Positions 10,297-17,628 of a DNA stretch of 64,000 nt are shown piece after piece. Source of the DNA: Hyalangium minutum (lineage in GTDB: Bacteria; Myxococcota; Myxococcia; Myxococcales; Myxococcaceae); NCBI RefSeq assembly GCF_000737315.1, contig NZ_JMCB01000001.1, positions 682,001-746,000 on the forward strand. The letters run 5' to 3'. Position numbers and translations under genes: made by a program. Position 1 is the first letter of the stretch. Every line of letters starts with the position of its first letter. The notes beneath the pieces are model-generated. The model was not told the DNA's origin and searched no databases. It saw only the letters and a list, made by a program, of their open reading frames with translations.

Positions 10297-11139
10297 TTGC
10301 CCTTCTCTCCCGATCCCTATGCCGCGCTTCGCAACGCCGCGCGCTACGTCCGGCAGTTCCGCCGGAAGACCTTCGTCCTCCTGGTCGACGGCCCGATGCT
10401 CGGGGATGCCCGGCTGCGGCGCGCGGTCTGCGAGCAGATCGCCCTGCTGTGGACCTTCTCCATCCAGCCCGTGGTGGTGCACGGCGCCGGCCCCGAGCTG
10501 AACACGCCCTTTGACGCCATGTCCGCCAAGGTCCGCATGGACCTGCTGGCCGACCTGCAGACAGCGGGTGTGCCGTGCGTGGGCCTGAGCGGCGTGGACG
10601 CGGGTCTGCTCAAGGCCCGGCGGCGCAACGGGGAGCCGGGCTCCGAGTCCTCCTGGGAGTCGAACAAGCCGAACAACTACAGCCTCGTGGGCGACATCGA
10701 GTCCGTGGACACGCGGCTGCTCCAGCACCTGCGCACCGGGGACTACGTTCCGGTGGTGGCGCCGCTGGCGGGTGATCCGTCTGGCACCGTGTACAACGCC
10801 AGCGCCGACACCGTGGCCGCCACGCTCGCGGTGGCCCTCGGCGCCGAGAAGCTCTTCTTCCTGCTGCCCACCCCGGGGCTCCTGCGCAAGCCGGAGGATC
10901 CCGCTTCGCTCGTGCCGCAGGCCACGCTCACGGACCTTGCCGCGCTGGAGCAGGAGGGCCAGATGTCCGACAGCACGGTCTCCAAGGTGCACGCCATCCG
11001 GTCCGCGCTGGTGGGCGGGGTGACGAGCGTCCACCTGGTGAGCGGCATGCTCCCGAACGCCATCCTCGAGGAGGTCTTCACCAACGAGGGCAGCGGCACC
11101 ATGGTGCTGCGCGAGGCTCCGGCTCGGGGTAACGGATGA
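10297..11139 (+). CDS. argB: Acetylglutamate kinase homolog with degenerate catalytic motifs (probable pseudokinase)
   Basis: AAK fold by overall similarity (YVRQFRRKTFV, VVVHG, LSGVDAG, VPVVAP, AEKL, EEVFTNEGSGT). K-x-GG is replaced by LVDG, the substrate loop is deleted and GGM is replaced by DST. Confidence 0.8.
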   Translation: MPFSPDPYAALRNAARYVRQFRRKTFVLLVDGPMLGDARLRRAVCEQIALLWTFSIQPVVVHGAGPELNTPFDAMSAKVRMDLLADLQTAGVPCVGLSGVDAGLLKARRRNGEPGSESSWESNKPNNYSLVGDIESVDTRLLQHLRTGDYVPVVAPLAGDPSGTVYNASADTVAATLAVALGAEKLFFLLPTPGLLRKPEDPASLVPQATLTDLAALEQEGQMSDSTVSKVHAIRSALVGGVTSVHLVSGMLPNAILEEVFTNEGSGTMVLREAPARGNG

Positions 11140-12203
11140 CGCCGTCCGCCCTGCTCGAGGCCTTGGTGGCCACCCCGAGCGTCTCCGGACAAGAGGGACG
11201 CATCGCTGATCAGGTGTCCACCTGGGCTGAGGGTTGGGGTGCGCGCGTGCAGCGCCAGGGCCACAACGTGTGGTTCTCGGTGGGCAGCGGGCCTCGGCGC
11301 CTGCTCGTCAACTCGCACCTGGACACGGTCCCCCCGTGCGCCGGGTGGACGCTGGAGCCGCAGGTGCCAGTGTGGCGCGAGGGCAAGCTGTACGGGCTGG
11401 GCAGCAATGACGCGAAGGGCTGTGTCACCGCCATGCTGCTGGCGGCCCGCGGCCTGCTGGAGAACCCGAGCGCCCTGGAGGGCCGGGGCGAGGTGGTGTT
11501 CGCCTTCACCGCCGAGGAGGAGACCGGCGGCAAGGGGCTGGGCACGGTGCTGTCCACGTTCGGGCCTCTGGACGCGGCCGTGGTGGGTGAGCCCACCAGC
11601 CTGAAGCCCTGCACCGCCCAGCGCGGGATGCTCCTGCTGAAGTGCGTGGCGCATGGGCGCTCGGCGCACGTGGCCCACGCGCAGACCGCGGACGCTCAGA
11701 ACGCCATCCACCTGGCCGCCCAGGACATCTCCACCCTGGCCGAGCTGCGCTTCCCGCCGCACCCGCTGCTGGGCGAGGCGCGGGCGCAAGTGACTCAGAT
11801 CCAGGGCGGGCTGGCGCGCAACCAGGTACCGGACCGCTGCGAGTTCTTCGTCGACATCCGCACCACGCCGGGCATGGAGCACTCGGCGGTGGCCACCCAC
11901 CTCGGGGGCGTGCTGCGCAGCGAGGTGGTGGTGCACTCCGCGCGCTACCTGCCGAAGGCCACTGCCTCCACCGAGCCCATCGTCCGCGCGGCCGTGGCGG
12001 CGTCGGGCGCCGGGCCGGTGGGCTCGAGCACCGCGTCGGACTGGGCCTTCCTGGGCAACCTGCCCGCGGTGAAGGTGGGCCCCGGCGACACCCTGCGCTC
12101 GCACAAGCCGGACGAGTACCTCGCCCTCACGGAGCTGGAGGCCGGTGTGGCCTTCTACCAGCAGCTCATCCGCGGCTACTTCCAGGAGGTGGCCCATGGC
12201 TAA
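11136..12203 (+). CDS. argE: M20 family acetylornithine/N-acylcitrulline deacylase
   Basis: NSHLDTV, GSNDAKG, AEEETGG, GEPT and HKPDEY metal ligands intact; position within the arg operon. Confidence 0.85.
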   Translation: MTPSALLEALVATPSVSGQEGRIADQVSTWAEGWGARVQRQGHNVWFSVGSGPRRLLVNSHLDTVPPCAGWTLEPQVPVWREGKLYGLGSNDAKGCVTAMLLAARGLLENPSALEGRGEVVFAFTAEEETGGKGLGTVLSTFGPLDAAVVGEPTSLKPCTAQRGMLLLKCVAHGRSAHVAHAQTADAQNAIHLAAQDISTLAELRFPPHPLLGEARAQVTQIQGGLARNQVPDRCEFFVDIRTTPGMEHSAVATHLGGVLRSEVVVHSARYLPKATASTEPIVRAAVAASGAGPVGSSTASDWAFLGNLPAVKVGPGDTLRSHKPDEYLALTELEAGVAFYQQLIRGYFQEVAHG

Positions 12204-13548
12204 CGACATGCTCTGGGCCAAGGGCCTTCCGCTGGATGCAGCGATCCACCGCTTCACCGTGGGAGACGATCCCTGGGTGGACCTCGCCCTGGCGCCGCAC
12301 GATGCGCTCGGCAGCGCGGCCCATGCGCGCATGCTCGCCCGCGTGGGGCTGCTGCCCGAGGCGGACATGAAGGCCCTCGTGGGTGCGCTGCACGCACTCC
12401 ACGACGAGGCGCGCGCGGGAGCGTTCACCATCCGTCCGGAGCAGGAGGACGGCCACACCGCCCTGGAGGCGGCGCTCGTGGAGCGCGTGGGCGAGCCGGG
12501 CCGGCGCATCCACCTGGGGCGCTCGCGCAATGATCAGGTCCAGCTGGCCCTGCGGCTCATGCTGCGCGAGGAGGTGCTGAAGCTCGGCGCCCAGGCGGTG
12601 GAGCTGGCCGGGGCCTTCCTGGACTTCGCGCAGGCGAACGCCACCGTGCCGATGCCCGGCTACACGCACATGCGGCGCGCCATGCCGAGCACCTTCGGCC
12701 TGTGGGGCGCCGCCTTCGCCGAAGGTCTGCTCGAGGAGCTGGAGGCGCTGCGCGGCCTGTGGGCGCGGCTGGATCGCTGCCCCCTGGGCGCGGCGGCGGG
12801 CTTCGGCGTGCCGCTGCCCATCGATCGCGAGTACGTGGCCAGCCTGCTCGGCTTCTCGCGCGTGCAGCGCAGCCCCATCGACGTGCAGAACAGCCGCGGG
12901 CGGCACGAGACGGCCACGCTCACCTGGGCGTGCTCCGTGGCGGGCGGCCTGGAGAAGTGGCTGTGGGACGTGGCGCTCTTCAGCACCGAGGAGTTCGGCT
13001 TCCTCGCGCTGCCGGATGCCTTCACCACCGGCTCGTCCATCATGCCGCAGAAGAAGAACCCGGACGTGGTGGAGCTGGCCCGCGCCCGCTGCCGGGAGCT
13101 GCGGGGTCTCGCCAAGCAGGTGGAGGAGATTGCTGGAGGCCTGCCCTCGAGCTACCACCGCGACTTCCAGCTGCTGAAGCGCCCCACCCTCACCGCGCTG
13201 GGCTCGTTCCGCGAGCTGCTGGACGTGCTCACCCGCCTGGTGCCCGTGCTGAAGATCCGCGCCGAGGCCGCCGCCCGCGCCAGTGACGACACGCTGTACG
13301 CGGCCCACCACGCCTACGTGCTCGTCGGCAAGGGCCTGCCCTTCCGGGATGCGTACCGCGAGGTGGCCCACCAGATCAGCGACGGGAATTTCCACCCGGA
13401 TCGCGCCGCGCTGACGGCCACCCACCTGGGCGGCGCCGGCAACCTGGCCCTGGAGCAGATCCGAGCCGAGCTGTCCACCAGCCGCTCCTGGCTCACCGAG
13501 ATCCATCGCACGCTCGCCGAATGCGCAGGGCGTGTTTGGCAGTTGTAG
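12196..13548 (+). CDS. argH: Argininosuccinate lyase
   Basis: GRSRNDQV, MPGYTH, GSSIMPQKKNPD signature; ATG 12196 with GGAGG upstream. Confidence 0.95.
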   Translation: MANDMLWAKGLPLDAAIHRFTVGDDPWVDLALAPHDALGSAAHARMLARVGLLPEADMKALVGALHALHDEARAGAFTIRPEQEDGHTALEAALVERVGEPGRRIHLGRSRNDQVQLALRLMLREEVLKLGAQAVELAGAFLDFAQANATVPMPGYTHMRRAMPSTFGLWGAAFAEGLLEELEALRGLWARLDRCPLGAAAGFGVPLPIDREYVASLLGFSRVQRSPIDVQNSRGRHETATLTWACSVAGGLEKWLWDVALFSTEEFGFLALPDAFTTGSSIMPQKKNPDVVELARARCRELRGLAKQVEEIAGGLPSSYHRDFQLLKRPTLTALGSFRELLDVLTRLVPVLKIRAEAAARASDDTLYAAHHAYVLVGKGLPFRDAYREVAHQISDGNFHPDRAALTATHLGGAGNLALEQIRAELSTSRSWLTEIHRTLAECAGRVWQL

Positions 13549-13589
13549 GCAGTACTTCCGCAGTTGCAGCAGTGAGGACCTCGAAGAAC

Positions 13590-14780
13590 ATGAACAAGAA
13601 ACACGTGGTGCTGGCCTTCTCCGGCGGTTTGGACACCTCTTTCTGCGTGGTCTATCTGCGCGAGCAGGGCCACACGGTCACCACCGTCACCGTGGACACC
13701 GGCGGCTTCAGCGCGGACGCGCTGGCGCGCATGCCGGAGCACGCCGCCCGCCTGGGCGCGGTGGCGCACCACACCATCGACGCGCGCTCGCTGCTCTTCG
13801 AGGACTACCTGCGCCACCTGCTCGCCGGCAATGTGCTGCGCGGCCAGGCCTACCCCCTGAGCGTCTCCGCCGAGCGCGTCTGCCAGGCCACCGAAGCGGT
13901 CCGCATGGCCCGCCAGGTGGGCGCTCAGGCCCTGGCCCACGGCTCCACCGGCGCGGGCAATGATCAGGTCCGCTTCGACGTGGCCTTCCGCGCCCTGGCC
14001 CCGGACCTGGAGCTCATCACCCCGATCCGCGAGCTGAGCCTCAGCCGCGCCCAGGAGATGTCCTTCCTGGCCGAGCGCGGCATCCACCTCCCGGCGAAGA
14101 CGGGCGCCTATTCGGTGAACGAGGGCATGTGGGGCACCTCCGTCGGCGGCAAGGAGACGCACGACTCCTGGAGCACCCTGCCCGAGGCCGCCTACCCCGC
14201 GGGCGTCATCCCGGCCGATCTCAAGCCGCGCACGCTGGTGCTCAGCTTCGAGAAGGGCCGCCCGGTGGCCCTCGACGGCAAGGCGATGGATCCCGTGGCG
14301 CTGATCGCCGAGCTGAACGCGGTGGGCCAGCCCTACGGCGTGGGCCGTGGCGTGCACCTGGGTGACACCATCCTGGGCATCAAGGGCCGCGTGGGCTTCG
14401 ACGCTCCCGCGGCCATCATGCTCATCACCGCGCACCGCGAGCTGGAGAAGCTGGTGCTGTCCGGCAAGCAGCTCTTCTGGAAGGAGACGCTGGGCAACCT
14501 CTACGGCTCGCTGCTGCACGAGGGGCACTTCTTCGATCCGCTCGCGCGCGACTTGGAGGGGTTCCTGACGTCCTCGCAGGCGCAGGTGACGGGCGAGGTG
14601 CGGCTGACGCTGCAGCCGCGCGCCCTCGTGGTGGAGGGCGTGCGCTCGAAGCACTCGTTGATGGACGCGAAGGTGGCCAGCTACGGCGAGGCGAACCACT
14701 TGTGGACCGGCGCGGAAGCCGCGGGCTTCGCGAAGGTGTACGGCGTTGCTCAGACCCTGGCCCTGAAGGTGAAGTCATGA
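13590..14780 (+). CDS. argG: Argininosuccinate synthase
   Basis: LAFSGGLDTS PP-loop, HGSTGAGNDQVRF, ILGIKGR; ATG 13590. Confidence 0.95.
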   Translation: MNKKHVVLAFSGGLDTSFCVVYLREQGHTVTTVTVDTGGFSADALARMPEHAARLGAVAHHTIDARSLLFEDYLRHLLAGNVLRGQAYPLSVSAERVCQATEAVRMARQVGAQALAHGSTGAGNDQVRFDVAFRALAPDLELITPIRELSLSRAQEMSFLAERGIHLPAKTGAYSVNEGMWGTSVGGKETHDSWSTLPEAAYPAGVIPADLKPRTLVLSFEKGRPVALDGKAMDPVALIAELNAVGQPYGVGRGVHLGDTILGIKGRVGFDAPAAIMLITAHRELEKLVLSGKQLFWKETLGNLYGSLLHEGHFFDPLARDLEGFLTSSQAQVTGEVRLTLQPRALVVEGVRSKHSLMDAKVASYGEANHLWTGAEAAGFAKVYGVAQTLALKVKS

Positions 14781-15835
14781 AAGTCCACATCGATAAGATT
14801 GGCAGTGTCACCCGGAACCTGCGGCTGGGCCGGACCGTCCACCTCACCTCGGACATCCAGGCGGTGGAGGGCGCGGTGATCGCCGCGCGCATCCACGGGG
14901 AGAAGTCCACCTACAACCAGCTCGAGGACGTCCACGGCCGCATGGTGACGCTGCACGGCGGTGACATCGTCGTCGGCGCGCTGGGCCACCGCAACGCGCT
15001 GCACGGCTACGAGGGCGTGGTGCCGGAGAAGGTGGTGGCGGGCCAGAAGCTCCACATCCTGAACATGGGCGGCGTGATTGGCCAGTGCACCTCGCACAAC
15101 CCGGGGGTGGGCACGCCCTTCGAGGCCGAGGTGCTGGGCCAGGTGCTCATGTTCCCCGAGTTCCAGTCGCGCGCCGGTCAGCCGGCCCACGTCCGGGCCG
15201 GGGCGCTCAAGGGCTCGTCGCAGCCGGTGAAGGTGCCGGTGGTGTACGTGGTGGGCACCTGCATGAACGCGGGCAAGACGTACGCCGCGTGCGCCATCGT
15301 GCGCCAGCTGCATCAGGCCGGCTACCGCGTGGGCGGCGCCAAGCTCACCGGCGTGTCGCTGATGCGCGACACGCTGAGCATGCGGGACTCGGGCGCGGAG
15401 GTGGTGATGGACTTCACCGACGCGGGCACCGTGTGCACCAGCCCGAAGACGGCGGCGCAGGTGTCGCGCGTCATCCTCTCCGAGCTGGCCGCCGCGGACG
15501 TGGACGTCGTCGTCGCGGAGACGGGCGATGGCATCATGGGCGAGTACGGCGTGCAGTCCATCCTCGAGGACTCGGCGCTGCGCGAGCTGGGCGCCGCCTG
15601 GGTGCTGTGCGCGAATGATCCCGTGGGAGCCGCCGGTGGCGTGCGCCACATGAAGGAGACCTACGGCATCCAGGTGGATGTGGTGGCCGGGCCCGCTACG
15701 GACAACCGGGTGGGCATCCGCTTCGTGGAGCGTGAAGTGGGGCTGCCCGCCCACAACGCCCGTGCGGACGCCGCCGGCCTGGGCGGACTCATCGTCGAGA
15801 AGGTTGCACCGCGTATCGCGGGGAGGAAGAGCTGA
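14777..15835 (+). CDS. DUF1611-like P-loop protein, candidate N-acyltransferase replacing ArgA
   Basis: ATG 14777 overlaps the argG stop (ATGA). GTCMNAGKT P-loop-like motif, KLTG, MDFTDAG and ETGDG match the DUF1611 long subfamily as I recall it. Confidence 0.7.
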   Translation: MKVHIDKIGSVTRNLRLGRTVHLTSDIQAVEGAVIAARIHGEKSTYNQLEDVHGRMVTLHGGDIVVGALGHRNALHGYEGVVPEKVVAGQKLHILNMGGVIGQCTSHNPGVGTPFEAEVLGQVLMFPEFQSRAGQPAHVRAGALKGSSQPVKVPVVYVVGTCMNAGKTYAACAIVRQLHQAGYRVGGAKLTGVSLMRDTLSMRDSGAEVVMDFTDAGTVCTSPKTAAQVSRVILSELAAADVDVVVAETGDGIMGEYGVQSILEDSALRELGAAWVLCANDPVGAAGGVRHMKETYGIQVDVVAGPATDNRVGIRFVEREVGLPAHNARADAAGLGGLIVEKVAPRIAGRKS

Positions 15836-16905
15836 TGAACAAGGTGCACGCATACATCCTGGGTGCCGCCGGTTTCCCCGGTGGCGACCTGCTGCGGCTG
15901 CTGTCGGGACACCCGGCGGTGGCGGCGGTGCGCGCGGTGTCCCAGCCCCACGGGGACATGCCCTTCTACAAGGTGCACCCGCACCTGCGCGGGCTCGTCG
16001 AGGGCAAGTTCGACGCGGCGCCGGACTGGCGCTGGCTCACGGACTCTCCGCAGCCGGTGGTCTTCTCCGCGCTGGAGGAGGAGGAGCTCGCCCGGCAGCT
16101 GCCCGCCCTGGAGAAGCAGTGGGCGGAGCTGGGGCTCTCGGAGCGGCTCATCCTGGTGGACCTGTCCCCGGACTTCCGGCTGGACCACCCCGGGCGCTAC
16201 GCCGCCACGCATGGCCGCCCTCACCCGTCTCCGGATCTACTGGAGAAGTTCGTGTACGGCCTGCCCGAGTGGCGCCGCGACAAGCTGAAGGGCGCCAAGC
16301 GCATCGCCAACCCGGGGTGCTTCGCCACGGCCGTGCAGCTCGCGCTGCTGCCGGTGGCGTCCACGCCGGGGCTGGGGATGATCGCCGCCTCGGCGGTGAC
16401 GGGCTCCTCGGGCTCGGGCGCGCTGCCGGGCGAGGTGACGCACCACCCCACCCGCGCGCATGACTTCCGCGCCTACAAGCCGCTGGAGCACCCGCAGGAG
16501 GCGGAGATCGACGTGATGCTCGTGGCGCACAAGGCCGTGCGCCACCGGCTCACCTTCGTGCCGCACTCGGCGCCGCTGGTGCGCGGCATCTTCGCCACCA
16601 TCCAGTTCGAGTGGCCGGAGAACGGTGGCGGTGTGAGCACGAACTCGCTGACCGAGGTGTACCGCCGCTACTACGCCACCTCGCCCATGGTGCGCGTGGT
16701 GGAGGGCACGCCGCGGCTGGCCTCGGTGGTGGGCAGCAACTTCGCTGATATCTCCGTGGCCACGCGTGGGCGCACGGTGGCCGTCATGGTGGCGCTCGAC
16801 AACCTGGTGAAGGGACTGGCCGGACAAGCCGTGCAGTCCCTCAACGTGGCGCTCGGCCTGCCCGAGGACACCGCCCTGCGCCAGGCCGCGTGCTTCCCCT
16901 GCTGA
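15835..16905 (+). CDS. argC: N-acetyl-gamma-glutamyl-phosphate reductase homolog with degenerate nucleotide-binding motifs
   Basis: IANPGCF catalytic Cys, DLSxDFRL, TGSSGSG and LDNLVKG present. Rossmann loop reads GAAGFPGGD, ALPHG reads ALEEE, H-x-H reads HPQ. Confidence 0.82.
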   Translation: MNKVHAYILGAAGFPGGDLLRLLSGHPAVAAVRAVSQPHGDMPFYKVHPHLRGLVEGKFDAAPDWRWLTDSPQPVVFSALEEEELARQLPALEKQWAELGLSERLILVDLSPDFRLDHPGRYAATHGRPHPSPDLLEKFVYGLPEWRRDKLKGAKRIANPGCFATAVQLALLPVASTPGLGMIAASAVTGSSGSGALPGEVTHHPTRAHDFRAYKPLEHPQEAEIDVMLVAHKAVRHRLTFVPHSAPLVRGIFATIQFEWPENGGGVSTNSLTEVYRRYYATSPMVRVVEGTPRLASVVGSNFADISVATRGRTVAVMVALDNLVKGLAGQAVQSLNVALGLPEDTALRQAACFPC

Positions 16906-16947
16906 GTGGCGCTTGAGGAGGGCTGCCGTGAACAACGGCAGCTCTCC

Positions 16948-17418
16948 CTACGCTTCCTCGTCGGGCAAAAGCGTCAGCAGCAGCTCGTCGTCGGGCCCGA
17001 GCGGGCGCCAACCGGCAGGCGGCGGATGAGCGAAGAGCGCATCTCCCGCCGCGTCGACTCGCTTCTTATGCGTTTCCGGGGTGTAGGTACGCCAGCGAGC
17101 CAGGACAAGGGCGACATCAAACCGATTGGAGCCGTCCAGCACCGCAGGCCACCCGTTCGGCAGGCGCTCGGCCAGCTCGCGCACGAACTGCCCACGCGTC
17201 AGGCGCGTCAGCCGATGGCTCCGCTCCGCCTCAGCCACCAACCCGCTGAACACCTGCACGGCATTGATGTCTTCTTCTCCCAATTCGTCGGCCAGCGCGA
17301 GCAGCGAGGCCATAGGTCGCGCCTCTGCGAAGGAGGTGAGTGACTCGAAGCCGCGCTCACGCACCCGCTCGTAGAGACGGACCTTCCAGTTGCCCTCCCA
17401 GGAACGGTCCTCACTCAT
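16948..17418 (-). CDS. Myxobacterial immunity-type protein of the family usually found downstream of DUF2380 lipoprotein toxins (often annotated NUDIX hydrolase)
   Basis: MSEDRSWEGNWKVRLYERVRERG...PPPAGWRPLGPDDELLLTLLPDEEA. ATG 17418 overlaps the TGA of a toxin-like remnant. No Nudix GX5EX7REUXEEXGU box. Confidence 0.7.
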   Translation of the reverse strand: MSEDRSWEGNWKVRLYERVRERGFESLTSFAEARPMASLLALADELGEEDINAVQVFSGLVAEAERSHRLTRLTRGQFVRELAERLPNGWPAVLDGSNRFDVALVLARWRTYTPETHKKRVDAAGDALFAHPPPAGWRPLGPDDELLLTLLPDEEA

Positions 17419-17546
17419 CGCCTTCTCCCGGCAGCGAAGTTCATCGGGATGTCGTAGAACCTCATGCGCTCCTCGACGAACTCCAAGACTTGGTTTCGCG
17501 TCAACATCCGGCCAGCTTCCAACGCAGCTTCGCGCAGCGCCTCCAA
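17415..17546 (-). pseudogene. 3' remnant of a DUF2380-type toxin gene
   Basis: LEALREAALEAGRMLTRNQVLEFVEERMRFYDIPMNFAAGRR* resembles DUF2380 C-termini as I recall them. The ORF is only 74 codons and runs into the kinase start. Confidence 0.6.
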
Positions 17547-17628
17547 TGGTACCTCTTCCGAGAGGTGACGTCTGAGGTAGGATGCCACGTGGTGAGCCAC
17601 AGCTCTCCCCGGCTCGCCCAGGGGCTTC

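Noticed and set aside
16948-17418. Nudix hydrolase activity
   Set aside because: No Nudix box; context and coupling to a toxin stub fit an immunity protein better.
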